From an uncultured Candidatus Saccharibacteria bacterium (lineage in GTDB: Bacteria; Patescibacteriota; Minisyncoccia; UBA6257; Colwellbacteraceae): DNA of 64,000 bases. Under the pieces are notes generated by a model that was not told the DNA's origin, searched no databases, and worked only from the letters and a program-made list of their open reading frames with translations. Where the stretch lies: positions 4,716 to 68,715 of the forward strand of contig CAZXPC010000004.1 in assembly GCA_964643135.1 (NCBI GenBank), given 5' to 3'. A program made the translations under genes and the position numbers. Shown in pieces: positions 1 through 8,917 of this stretch (within the stretch, counting starts at the first letter, position 1; each line of letters opens with the position of its first letter).

Positions 1-3
1 GTA

Positions 4-30
4 AAACGCCCCAGTTGTCGGGGCGTTTCT
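4..30 (-). terminator. Rho-independent terminator 3' of rplY
   Basis: Perfect hairpin aaaacgccccag-ttgt-cggggcgttt followed by a T-run on the minus strand directly after the L25 stop at 40. Confidence 0.6.
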
Positions 31-39
31 TGTCTGTTT

Positions 40-699
40 CTATTTTGCGGTCGCTTCGGCGGCGACCTTTTCAGCATCGCGCGCCGCTTTCTTCTCTTCG
101 CCTTCAACTTTGACTTCAGCGAGGTCCGGAGCAACAACCGGAGCGACTTCTTCTTCACGCTGTTCGGAGACGGTGACGATAACGTTACCTCCGTCCAGGA
201 GAATCTTGAACTTGTTATCAGTTGCCAAATCTTTAATGTAAACGCTCTGGTGGAGATTTTCGAGCTTCGAGAGGTCGATAGTGATTTCGGCCGGGATATT
301 CGCCGGCAAGGCCTTGATCTTAAGTTCGTTCAAAGATTTAACCAAGATGCCGCTGAAGTTCTTAACAGCCGGAGCTTCGCCCACAAATTTAACCGGCACG
401 GTGGTCGTGATTTCTTCGTTCATGTTGACCTGGTAAAAGTCGATCGATTGAATCTCGTCGGTTAGATTGTTCTTAGTCACATCGTGGATCAAAACCGGGC
501 GCGATTCGGTACCGATTTTAAGATTAACAATCTGGTTTTCACCGGCAGACTTGTAAGCGGTGCGGAAATCTTTCAGAGCCACTGCGAGGTGCAAGTTTTC
601 GATGTCGTGGCCATAAAGCTCAGCCGGAACAACGCCCTTCTTGCGAAGCGCCGCTGCCTGGCCGCCAAATTTATCTCGTTTCTCAACTTTTAAATCCAT
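40..699 (-). CDS. rplY: 50S ribosomal protein L25 / general stress protein Ctc (long form with acidic, Lys/Ala-rich C-terminus)
   Basis: 219-aa ORF; N-terminal L25/Ctc beta-barrel pattern (KRDKFGGQAAALRKKGVVPAELYG...IHDV...) plus C-terminal charged tail typical of Ctc-type L25. Confidence 0.8.
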   Translation of the reverse strand: MDLKVEKRDKFGGQAAALRKKGVVPAELYGHDIENLHLAVALKDFRTAYKSAGENQIVNLKIGTESRPVLIHDVTKNNLTDEIQSIDFYQVNMNEEITTTVPVKFVGEAPAVKNFSGILVKSLNELKIKALPANIPAEITIDLSKLENLHQSVYIKDLATDNKFKILLDGGNVIVTVSEQREEEVAPVVAPDLAEVKVEGEEKKAARDAEKVAAEATAK

Positions 700-761
700 G
701 TTTTTAGGTAGCCAATATACTATTATAAGCCCTTTAAAATGGCAAGGGCCTGGCGCGCTTA

Positions 762-2180
762 CTAGATCGACTTGATCGAGACATAGAACTGGCTGCCTTT
801 GCCTTCTCCAGCGCTTTCTGCCCAGACTTTTCCGCCGTGGTCTTCGATGATCTTCTTGGCGATGAAGAGGCCTAAGCCGGTGCCAAGTATCTTTTTGCCG
901 GTTTCGCCTTTGTCGCGGCTAAATTGCTGGAAAAGTTTCGGCAAAAGCTCGTCTGATATTCCTAGCCCGGAGTCAGTTACTGCAATCAGGATGTTGCCCG
1001 GAGTTTTAGCATCGTTATTAATCGTAACTTTAACCCATCCGGCGGGAGTGTATTTAATTGAGTTATCCACGAAGTTTAGAATAGTCTGCTTAAACTTCTG
1101 CGCATCAGCTTTGATCTTAGCGCTTTGAATCCGGACATCTAGTGATAGGTCGAGGCCTTTTTTAACGGCCAAACCATGCAGCTCGTCGACAATTTCTTTA
1201 GTCATCTTAATCAAATCAACATCTTCAAAAGTATAATTCATCTTCCCCTCTTCGGCTTTGCGCATGTCGAGCAGGTTATTAACCAAGTCAATCAGCCTGT
1301 TAGCTGAATTGATTATTTTCTCGGTCATTTCTTTAACTTTGTCCGGTATAGCACCCAACTGCCCGTCGCGGATAATTTCGGCGTAGCCTTTTACAACCGC
1401 CATCGGCGCTTTAACCTGGTGCGAGGCGAAAGAGAGGAATTCTGATTTCAATTTATCCAATTCTTTAAGTTTCTCATTGGCGACTTTGAGCTCCTGATAC
1501 AAGAAAGCCCGGTCGAGCGCCACGGCGACCACGTTTACAAAGCTCTCGATGGATTCTTTCTCAAATTTGCTCAAGGTCTCATACTCATGGTTCAGCGCCA
1601 TAATCAATACGCCAATTGTTTTCTTCTCGATCACGAGCGGGTAAATTATCGACGTTTTGATGTTCGCATCTGCCGAGACTTTCTTTAAAGTTTCTGTTGT
1701 AAAAACGTCTTGCCAAATCGGGGCCAGGCCGTTTACGACGCACATCGAGCGGTTCAGCATCACCGTTTCCAAGATCGGGTTCGGCAAAGGCCTCTGGATT
1801 TTCATCGCGTGGAAAGGAATGTCGGTTATCGCCTTTCTGGCCTCAGCCAGGCGTTCCGACCGCGCGAATTTGAGAGGCTTCAGCTCGTCGGTCGCCTCGT
1901 CAAAGGTGAGGATGCCGACCAGCTCGTAATTCAAATCATCGCGGATAGCCTGCGTAATATTGGTCGCGATCTGCTCGGGCTCAAAGTTCTGAATGCTGAA
2001 TTGGTAAAGTTTACGCAAAAGGGAGAGCGTTTTGTTGCGGTTCGCCAGCTCGGCATTCTGGCCATATAAAAGCTGGGCCACATCTTTCAGGTGCTTCTGC
2101 TCCTCGCTCATCGATTCCGCAGGTGGCGCAGCGGGCTGTTCTGTTTTCTCCAGTTTCTTTTTGCGACCCCAAATAGCCAT
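762..2180 (-). CDS. Sensor histidine kinase with GAF domain
   Basis: 472 aa; HisKA H-box (FLSFASHQVKAPMAVVKGYAEI) and HATPase_c G-boxes (GTGLGLFIAKKIIEDHGGKVW); central GAF-like region. Confidence 0.8.
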   Translation of the reverse strand: MAIWGRKKKLEKTEQPAAPPAESMSEEQKHLKDVAQLLYGQNAELANRNKTLSLLRKLYQFSIQNFEPEQIATNITQAIRDDLNYELVGILTFDEATDELKPLKFARSERLAEARKAITDIPFHAMKIQRPLPNPILETVMLNRSMCVVNGLAPIWQDVFTTETLKKVSADANIKTSIIYPLVIEKKTIGVLIMALNHEYETLSKFEKESIESFVNVVAVALDRAFLYQELKVANEKLKELDKLKSEFLSFASHQVKAPMAVVKGYAEIIRDGQLGAIPDKVKEMTEKIINSANRLIDLVNNLLDMRKAEEGKMNYTFEDVDLIKMTKEIVDELHGLAVKKGLDLSLDVRIQSAKIKADAQKFKQTILNFVDNSIKYTPAGWVKVTINNDAKTPGNILIAVTDSGLGISDELLPKLFQQFSRDKGETGKKILGTGLGLFIAKKIIEDHGGKVWAESAGEGKGSQFYVSIKSI

Positions 2181-2313
2181 GAGTTAATTATGGACTAATT
2201 GTAGCATGGGTTATATAATCAAATCACTTTCGGGATTATCCCGCGGCCCCGCTAGAAATAGCGGGGAATTCTCTTTATTTTTCCTTCATCTGCGAAGTTG
2301 TAGCATTGAAGTT

Positions 2314-2706
2314 ATGACTCATATAAAAGATTTTGATGGATGGAATGAGAATAAAAAGGAAATTCACAATCGCGTTGATGGGCCATTTTTCCATACTCGT
2401 GAAATATGGTGGTGCTCACTTGGTCTAAATATAGGCTTTGAGCAGGATGGATCAAGCGATGACTATTATCGCCCCGTACTCATATTGAAAGGCTTGGGAA
2501 GATGGACCTGTCTAGCTGTTCCACTGACTACTTCTGCAAGAGATCATAAGTTGCGCCCCTCCATCGGTGTTGTCGAAGGCAAGGAGGATCGTGCTCTTAT
2601 CTCGCAAATCAGAGTTATAGATGCGAAGCGTTTAGTAAGGAAAGTAGGCTATCTTGAAAGCAATATCTTTGAAATCATAAGAAAAACCGTCAAGGATATG
2701 ATCTGA
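2314..2706 (+). CDS. MazF/PemK-family endoribonuclease toxin with N-terminal extension
   Basis: REIWWCSLGLNIGFEQDG...RPVLILKG...QIRVIDAKRL aligns with B. subtilis EndoA/YdcE (GDVYFADLSPVVGSEQGG..RPVLVIQ..QIRTIDKQRL). Start taken at the internal Met at 2314; the ORF track extends to 2206 with no stop. Confidence 0.6.
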   Translation: MTHIKDFDGWNENKKEIHNRVDGPFFHTREIWWCSLGLNIGFEQDGSSDDYYRPVLILKGLGRWTCLAVPLTTSARDHKLRPSIGVVEGKEDRALISQIRVIDAKRLVRKVGYLESNIFEIIRKTVKDMI

Positions 2707-2718
2707 CGGTTTTTCTCG
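2684..2718 (+). terminator. Rho-independent terminator overlapping the MazF-like stop
   Basis: 11-bp perfect stem aaaaaccgtca/tgacggttttt with an 11-nt loop, followed by T-run. Confidence 0.65.
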
Positions 2719-2809
2719 ACTTACTTGATGTTTGCCTCTTGCGAGGCGAGGCCGAAGCCACTTGTACTTATATCTTATCACGACAAGATACTTAGTCAAA
2801 TGCTAATTG

Positions 2810-3091
2810 TTATCTCAGGCTTGCCGGCACTTCGGCGGCGGGCAGGTCGGCGATGAGGCTGATCGCGGCTTCGCGGCAGACTTCGTGGCTAGCGCGGCCG
2901 AACAACCGCTCATATTGAGCGACAAGCTTATCCAAAGTTTCTTTCGGGTCGCCGGCAATATCAACTTCCCCACTCTTTTGATCAGTGATCTTTAAGCCCT
3001 GCACTTTCCCCGCCTCATTCCAAGCTAAGGGGCCGATAACCAGCTCCTGCTCTTTAATGATTTTTGATGCAATTTGCGCGAAGATAGTCAT
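2810..3091 (-). CDS. Hypothetical small protein (93 aa)
   Basis: ORF with a coding-like amino-acid composition, immediately upstream of and co-directional with the 3095-3949 membrane protein gene; no recognisable motif. Confidence 0.4.
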   Translation of the reverse strand: MTIFAQIASKIIKEQELVIGPLAWNEAGKVQGLKITDQKSGEVDIAGDPKETLDKLVAQYERLFGRASHEVCREAAISLIADLPAAEVPASLR

Positions 3092-3094
3092 GGG

Positions 3095-3949
3095 CTAAGT
3101 ATTTGGATTTTTTTCTTCGGGCTGTCGTGGATCAAGCAAGACAATGCCCATGCTTAGCAAAGTCATTGTCATGGTAAACAACACATCGGCTAAGCTTCCG
3201 TTGTAGTAAGTTGTGAGCGTAGTGGTATATGAGAAAGTAAAATCAGCAAAATAGTTTGCTATGAAACCTGCCAAGACAATGTAAATAGCAGTCCTGTATA
3301 AACCTCCAAAATATTTAAACGACAAGCCGTAAATCAAAATTGATAAACTAAGAATCACTACATCGCCGATTGGATATGCGAGATCGAAGAATAATTTCAG
3401 CTGGTTCATAAACGGAGAAAGGGTGCTATCCGGCATAGTCAGAACTCCTCCCCTAGCCACAACGACGAGCAAATAATAAGATATCGCGATAATAACTGCA
3501 GGAATAACAAAAAGTAATATCTTGCCTTCCATTTTCCTAAGCTCAAACTTGGCGCCAGTCGCTCTAGATAGATTTATAATTCCTATCGCCCATAGGGGCC
3601 AGCTGATTACGAACGACGCATCAGCCCATGAAGGATACGGGACACTCACGCCTAAAATAATGTTGTAGTACAGCCAAATAACCATCCCGAAGCCCCAAGT
3701 TATCAGACCCAGAGATAGAAATGAGACTGCCCTGCCCACCGCGCTACTAAAACCGCCCCAACGCCTAGCCAATAGAAAACCGTAAATGCCTCCAATTAGT
3801 GGGATAATGCCGTACGTATTGCTATAAATGTTAGCCGGTCCGCCTGAGGTAGTTTGAGTAATGTAAAGATATAAAAACCAGCCCATATAAAAAACGAAAA
3901 GCGTCGCTAAGACAGTTAGGAATTTCTTTTGGATGCCTTTTGTGGACAT
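3095..3949 (-). CDS. Polytopic membrane protein, unknown function
   Basis: 284 aa with about 8 hydrophobic helices; no catalytic motif recognised. Confidence 0.5.
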   Translation of the reverse strand: MSTKGIQKKFLTVLATLFVFYMGWFLYLYITQTTSGGPANIYSNTYGIIPLIGGIYGFLLARRWGGFSSAVGRAVSFLSLGLITWGFGMVIWLYYNIILGVSVPYPSWADASFVISWPLWAIGIINLSRATGAKFELRKMEGKILLFVIPAVIIAISYYLLVVVARGGVLTMPDSTLSPFMNQLKLFFDLAYPIGDVVILSLSILIYGLSFKYFGGLYRTAIYIVLAGFIANYFADFTFSYTTTLTTYYNGSLADVLFTMTMTLLSMGIVLLDPRQPEEKNPNT

Positions 3950-3998
3950 ATTTATTGTCAGGTATATACTGAAAACAACTTAAATATTATACAAAAAT

Positions 3999-4385
3999 AT
4001 GGATAAAGACACAAAGCAGAAGTTTGGTTACAAAGGCGGTTACGGTTTGGAGTTAATATTAGATCTAAAGGGCTGTGATCTTTCAGACTTAACCCGCGAA
4101 AAGTTGAAGAGATTTTTTGTGGAATTATGCGATCGGATCAAGATGGTAAGGCATGGCGAACCTCTGTATTGGGAGGATACTTCCGATATTCCTCATCTCC
4201 GAGGCATTTCCGGATTTCAATTTATCGAAACAAGCAATGTTGTATGCCATCCAATCTCCATGCAAAATGCGGTATATCTCAACATATTCTCGTGTAAGGA
4301 ATTTGATACTGAAGATGCAGTAAAATACTGCGTCGAATTCTGGGGAGCAAAATCCGAGGTTCACACTGTTGTACCTCGCACATAA
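3999..4385 (+). CDS. S-adenosylmethionine decarboxylase-fold (SpeH-like, pyruvoyl-dependent) protein, possibly divergent
   Basis: GLELILDLKGCD and GISGFQFIETSNVVCHP...NIFSCK align with SpeH GRHLVAEFYECD and [20 protein letters not shown]...DLFTCG, including the E-S/T|S processing site; the H..WPE motif is altered. Confidence 0.55.
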   Translation: MDKDTKQKFGYKGGYGLELILDLKGCDLSDLTREKLKRFFVELCDRIKMVRHGEPLYWEDTSDIPHLRGISGFQFIETSNVVCHPISMQNAVYLNIFSCKEFDTEDAVKYCVEFWGAKSEVHTVVPRT

Positions 4386-4390
4386 AAACC

Positions 4391-4927
4391 ATGTCTTCTG
4401 ATAAGCAGGCGGCAAAGGAAACTATTCTGGAAACAGATAGTTTAGCGGTAACCTCTAGTAAATCGAAAGATCGCGGCTTAGGTGTTTTTGCAAAACATAG
4501 TTTCCGAGCTGGAGAGTTATTATTTGAAGTTAGAGGCCCAATAATGGCAAGAGGAACTAAATATTCATTATCTGTTGGCTTTGGCCAACACATTGAACCA
4601 AAAACAGAAGACGGCAAAGATGATTTCGGACATTACATGAACCACTCTTGTGATCCGAATGCATTTGTAAAAGTCGTAGCCTCATCTAAAACTCCCTACA
4701 TAGAGATCAGAGCGCGCAGGAATATCAAAAAGGGTGAAGAGTTAACATTTGATTACGCCTCATCAGAATATGAGGTAACAATAAATGGAGTTTCTTGCAG
4801 ATGCGACACAAAGCTGTGTAGGGGTAAAATTCATGGATTCAAAGATCTACCTAAAGATATTTTCGATCAGTATAAAAAAGAGGGAATAATTCCCGACCAC
4901 CTAACAAGTATTTCCAGTAATAATTAA
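4391..4927 (+). CDS. SET-domain protein (putative SAM-dependent lysine methyltransferase)
   Basis: NHSCDPN motif, ELTFDY motif and post-SET cysteine cluster CRCDTKLCRG; 5-bp gap to the upstream SpeH-like gene. Confidence 0.8.
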   Translation: MSSDKQAAKETILETDSLAVTSSKSKDRGLGVFAKHSFRAGELLFEVRGPIMARGTKYSLSVGFGQHIEPKTEDGKDDFGHYMNHSCDPNAFVKVVASSKTPYIEIRARRNIKKGEELTFDYASSEYEVTINGVSCRCDTKLCRGKIHGFKDLPKDIFDQYKKEGIIPDHLTSISSNN

Positions 4928-4947
4928 GGTAGCGCCTCTAGACGCGC

Positions 4948-5283
4948 TTATTTGCCTGGAGTAAAAACCATTAAAAAAATACCGATTAGAGCAAAGACTA
5001 TGCCAAGGTATTCCAAGCCGGTCATTTTGTCCCATTCATTAAACATAAACAAACCAACGGCTATCGTGCTCACGGTAAGAAGAGAATCCGCGATTCCCGA
5101 TCCAATCGCAACACCGACCTTGGAAGTGAGTAGCCCATAAGTTATGAACACAAAGGGAGAGACGAGGATGAGGGCGACAAGCCAAATAGAATAGCGGCTA
5201 TCCTGCCTAGCCCAAATCGCACCTATTGAGTTGGCCAGAAGAGCTACTCCAACAGCCATGACTATATAAAGAATATTTTTCAT
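4948..5283 (-). CDS. Small 4-TM membrane protein (SMR/DMT-like)
   Basis: 111 aa, four hydrophobic helices; size and topology of small multidrug-resistance-like proteins. Confidence 0.45.
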   Translation of the reverse strand: MKNILYIVMAVGVALLANSIGAIWARQDSRYSIWLVALILVSPFVFITYGLLTSKVGVAIGSGIADSLLTVSTIAVGLFMFNEWDKMTGLEYLGIVFALIGIFLMVFTPGK

Positions 5284-5413
5284 ATTGCTTAATTATAACA
5301 TTGCGGGCATTCCAGGAATGAAAAACAAAAAGAATAAATAAAAAAGCCGCATTGCCGAATGTGCATACATGGATAGTATGGATTCTAAGCAATGCGGACG
5401 TCGTCATGCGTGC

Positions 5414-6544
5414 TCACTCACCGAGGATCAGGGCGACGAGATCCGGGAAGACCTCGGTGAAGTCGCCGAAGATCTGGAAGTATGGGTCACCCGGCTCCAA
5501 CTTGTCCCAGGTGATCTTCTCCTTGCCTCCGGCTCCGGAGTAGGAACCCCCGCTCATGGGCGTGAGGTGGACCTCGACAAACCCAGCCCAGGCAGGCACG
5601 AGGGCTTCCTGGGTCTCCTGCGTCTCTTCCGCAAGGTAGTCCTTCTTCACATGCGGCACGCCGCAGATGACGAAGTCCGCCGCAATTCCGCCTCCGAGCT
5701 GGAGGAAGAAGATCCTCTTCTGCCTCGCTTCCTTCATGTAGAGCTCCGTGAAGCGGTGCATGTAGGCGTCAGGGGGCTGGATCACGGCGGGGTTGATGGG
5801 CTTCTCCTGCTTGTACTTCGCAAGGAACTCGTCGTTCCCGTTGTAGCAGTAGTAGCTGAAGATGTTCCCCATTGTGCTGTCTTCCCGGCCAGGGACGAAG
5901 ACCTGCACGCCGTGGATCATCGCCTGGTAGGCCCAACAGTCGTCGAGGTTCGCCGTGGGATCGAACGCGATCATCCCTCGGCGGACCGTCTCTTCGAAGT
6001 ACCAGTTCCAGAGATGGCTCTCGCCCTGCGCTTCGGCTTCGCGCCAGAGGCACTCCATCGGGCCGAGCATGACGCGGGTCGACTCGTCCTCCGGCATGGT
6101 CGTCGTAGTGATCCGCCGGTGGCCAGTCCGTCCGAGTTCCTTCTCCTGTGCGGGAGTGAGCTCCGGATACCTCGGGAGATAGGTGTAGTACGAGTGCGCG
6201 ATGGCTCGGTACCAGCTCTCCTCGTAGTTCGCGCCCGTACACGAGATCGCTGCGACCTTGCCCGCGCGGATCAGTCTCGAGAGCGCGATCCCGCCTTCGA
6301 ACGATGAGAAGGCGCCGGCTAGGGTGACAACGAATTTGCCGCCCTCTTCGCCGTGCCTCTTCATCGTCAGGCCGGCATCGACCATGGCGCCGCCGTTGCA
6401 GTGGCGCTTGTTCTTCACAAGATGGTTCGAAACGGGCGAGTTCGGGTTCGGCGTGTAGTCCCGGTCCACAGGCATGAAGAACGCCTGCAATTCGGGACTC
6501 AGCTGTGCCTTCTTCTCTTCGGGGCTGAGTATTTTTTGCGACAT
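5414..6544 (-). CDS. Deoxyhypusine synthase-like protein (DHS / homospermidine synthase family)
   Basis: Alignable along its length with human DHS: [40 protein letters not shown] vs [63 protein letters not shown] vs [33 protein letters not shown] vs IILGGGVVKHH. The gene is about 60% GC against a background of about 46%. Confidence 0.8.
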   Translation of the reverse strand: [376 protein letters not shown]

Positions 6545-6746
6545 CTGTAGACCTCCATCGATAGTGAGCTATGAAATTGTGAGAGAACTTATCCGCCAGA
6601 TCGGCGGATTTGTTCTATCTCGCCAACCATAGCGGTATCATCTAATCACGAGAGAGAGAGATGGTTGTCAATCTTCCGACAGCGTGGTCAAATCTAGCTG
6701 AGCACCGTTTTTAGCCTTATTTTGACTAATCCAATATAATTTAGGC

Positions 6747-7304
6747 ATGACCAAGACTGGAAAAGTAGTTTATCGTGGCATGGCGGCGGGCAAGCCGATT
6801 GTTATTCGCTATCCTAAAATGAGCGATGCGAAGGCGGCATTGGAATTTATCAATAAAATCTCTCGGGAAAAGAGCTTCCTTAACATACAAGGCAAGCAGT
6901 TGAACATGAAGGAAGAGCGAGCCTTCCTAAAAAAGAATATCTCTGGCATTAAGAAAAAAGTCTGCGTTCATCTCTTCGTCTTGGCTGGGGATCGAATTGT
7001 CGGTTCGGCAACTATGAATCGCGAGAGTATAGATGCTCAAAAACATAAAGCTGAGTTCGGTATAGTTATGGCCAAGGATATGAGAGGCTACGGGATCGGC
7101 AGACTTTTGATGTCGCTCGTTCTGAAAGAATCAGAGCGTAGTATGCAGGGCGTAAAAATGTTCACTCTGAAAGTTTTTGCTAATAACCCTCTCGCATTTA
7201 GAATGTACAGAAAGTTCGGCTTCAAACAGTTCGGCATCTTGCCCAAAGGAGTAACACACAAAGGCAAGCCCGTTGACGAAATATTCATGTATAAAGACCT
7301 ATAG
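6747..7304 (+). CDS. GNAT family N-acetyltransferase
   Basis: 185 aa; acetyl-CoA binding motif region RGYGIGRLLMSLVL and C-terminal FGF..G pattern. Confidence 0.7.
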   Translation: MTKTGKVVYRGMAAGKPIVIRYPKMSDAKAALEFINKISREKSFLNIQGKQLNMKEERAFLKKNISGIKKKVCVHLFVLAGDRIVGSATMNRESIDAQKHKAEFGIVMAKDMRGYGIGRLLMSLVLKESERSMQGVKMFTLKVFANNPLAFRMYRKFGFKQFGILPKGVTHKGKPVDEIFMYKDL

Positions 7305-7326
7305 AAAACAGGTTAACTTTTTAGAT

Positions 7327-7800
7327 ATGACGATAAAAATTAGAAAAGCTAAACGGGCGGATATTGATGCGATTGTTAAGCTTAATTCGGGGCTGACTGA
7401 CTATCACCACAAGATCGATCCGGACTATTGGAGCCCGAGCAGTAAAACGCGCGGACCTTTTAGGAAATTTATTAGCGGACAAATTGGGAAAAGAAACTCA
7501 CTAAGTCTGGTTGCGGAAGATGATGGCAAGGCTGTGGGATACTTTACGGGCAACATATTGGTACCTAAACCAGCAGTAAAGATTAGAAAGATCGGCCACC
7601 TGGGACATGGATTCTTACTGCCGGAGTATCGTAGCCAAGGTATCGCGAGAAAAGCCGGAGAAATGCTGGTTGAATGGTTTAAGAAAAAGGGCATCCGATT
7701 ACTAGAGCTTTCGGTTGACTCTAGGAATAATGTCGGCGTTCGAGCCTGGGAGGGATTGGGTTTTAAAGAGTTTATGAAAAAAATGAAATTGGAGATATAA
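7327..7800 (+). CDS. GNAT family N-acetyltransferase
   Basis: Internal Met start MTIKIRKAKRADIDAIVKLN; HGFLLPEYRSQGIARKAGEMLVEW motif A; GLGF C-terminal motif. Confidence 0.7.
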   Translation: MTIKIRKAKRADIDAIVKLNSGLTDYHHKIDPDYWSPSSKTRGPFRKFISGQIGKRNSLSLVAEDDGKAVGYFTGNILVPKPAVKIRKIGHLGHGFLLPEYRSQGIARKAGEMLVEWFKKKGIRLLELSVDSRNNVGVRAWEGLGFKEFMKKMKLEI

Positions 7801-7804
7801 AAAT

Positions 7805-7963
7805 ATGAAATCAAAATCAATTATTAAAAAGGTTGTTAAAGATAAAAATCAGGATCGCAGGATTTTTGATGCTTCGAGAGATAATAGAGGAGCTGGTGTA
7901 AGAACTCAGGATCTGATCAAAACTATTAAGAAAATCGAGGGAGACTTAACAAAGGATTTATGA
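7805..7963 (+). CDS. Possible small Lys-rich protein (52 aa)
   Basis: Short ORF (MKSKSIIKKVVKDKNQDRRIFDASRDNRGAGVRTQDLIKTIKKIEGDLTKDL) whose stop overlaps the ATG of the next gene (ATGA); below the 60-aa cut-off of the ORF track. Confidence 0.25.
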   Translation: MKSKSIIKKVVKDKNQDRRIFDASRDNRGAGVRTQDLIKTIKKIEGDLTKDL

Positions 7964-8517
7964 TTTACTATGTCACGGGAAGCGATATTAAATTTAAAAC
8001 CGCACAGGATTGTCTAAAAGAGCATGGCATTGATATTGTTCAGAAAACGCTGGATATTAAAGAAATCCAGAGCGAGTCGATCGAAGAGATAGCAATCGAT
8101 AAGGCTAAACGAGCTTTTGAGACAATCAAAGAACCCCTGTTCATTAATGATTCCGGCTGGTTTTTCGCAGGACTCAATGGCTTTCCCGGCGCCTATATGG
8201 CCTATATTAATAGATGGCTTACGGCTGACGATTTGATAAATCTCATGAAAGGAAAAGATAACCGGGAGGTAATTCTAAAACAAGTTGTCGTCTATATCGA
8301 TGAAAAAGGACATAAAATTTTAGAACATGATTCTATCGGCAAGATTTTAGAAAAACCAAGCATTAATATCGGACGACCGTCAGAAATGGTTTCGTCCTTC
8401 TCGGGTGATGATCTGGCCTTAACAGACCAAAGGGCTAAAGGAATTAAAAATATCGGGCCAGAGCAGGAACTCTGGAGTGAATTGGCAGATTGGCTAAGAG
8501 AAACTAAGAGACCCTAA
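7960..8517 (+). CDS. Ham1/ITPase-family non-canonical purine NTP pyrophosphatase paralog 1 (N-to-S variant in the TGN motif)
   Basis: YYVTGSDIKFKTA, LDIKEIQSESIEEIA and FINDSGWFFAGLNGFPGAYMAYI match ITPA motifs FVTGNAKK, IDLPEYQGEPDEIS and ALGGLPGPYIKWF. Confidence 0.7.
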   Translation: MIYYVTGSDIKFKTAQDCLKEHGIDIVQKTLDIKEIQSESIEEIAIDKAKRAFETIKEPLFINDSGWFFAGLNGFPGAYMAYINRWLTADDLINLMKGKDNREVILKQVVVYIDEKGHKILEHDSIGKILEKPSINIGRPSEMVSSFSGDDLALTDQRAKGIKNIGPEQELWSELADWLRETKRP

Positions 8518-8917
8518 CGCCTAAATCTTCGTAGAACCTCAAAAGATATCCATCGGGATCTTGGACAATGAATTGTCGGTTGCCGACCAATGAGTTGTCT
8601 TTGCGATACCACTTTTCATCGATGGGCAAGAAAACTTTGATGTTGTGCTTGCTAATTGTCGCGTAAAGGGCGTCGATCCTCTCAGTTTCGATCTGGAAAT
8701 TAACTCCCCGGCCGAAAGGTAGTTCGAGCTTACCGGTTTGCCACGCACTTTCCGAGGAGAGCTCTTCTAACATGATTTCGGCGTTGCCTTTTTTAATATA
8801 CGCGAACTGATCCTCAGGCCTCTGGTAGACAATAGTAAAGCCTAGTAACTCATAAAAATTGAGGCTTTGCTTGATATCAGAACAAAATAACTCCGGCACC
8901 AACCCGATCGGTTTCAT
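8504..8917 (-). CDS. VOC family protein (glyoxalase/bleomycin-resistance/dioxygenase superfamily)
   Basis: 137 aa; paired beta-alpha-beta-beta-beta module signature (LNFYELLGF..., ...DPDGYLLRFYE). Confidence 0.65.
   Translation of the reverse strand: MKPIGLVPELFCSDIKQSLNFYELLGFTIVYQRPEDQFAYIKKGNAEIMLEELSSESAWQTGKLELPFGRGVNFQIETERIDALYATISKHNIKVFLPIDEKWYRKDNSLVGNRQFIVQDPDGYLLRFYEDLGVRVS

Noticed and set aside
2206-2313. Extended N-terminus of the MazF-like ORF (ORF-track start 2206)
   Set aside because: The first 36 codons (MGYIIKSLSGLSRGPARNSGEFSLFFLHLRSCSIEV) have non-protein-like composition and contain a GC-rich hairpin. The conserved family begins near the Met at 2314.
5369-6307. 312-aa plus-strand ORF overlapping the DHS gene
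   Set aside because: Arg/Ala/Pro/Gly-rich, low-complexity translation. It is an antisense artefact of the high-GC DHS coding sequence, where stop codons are depleted.
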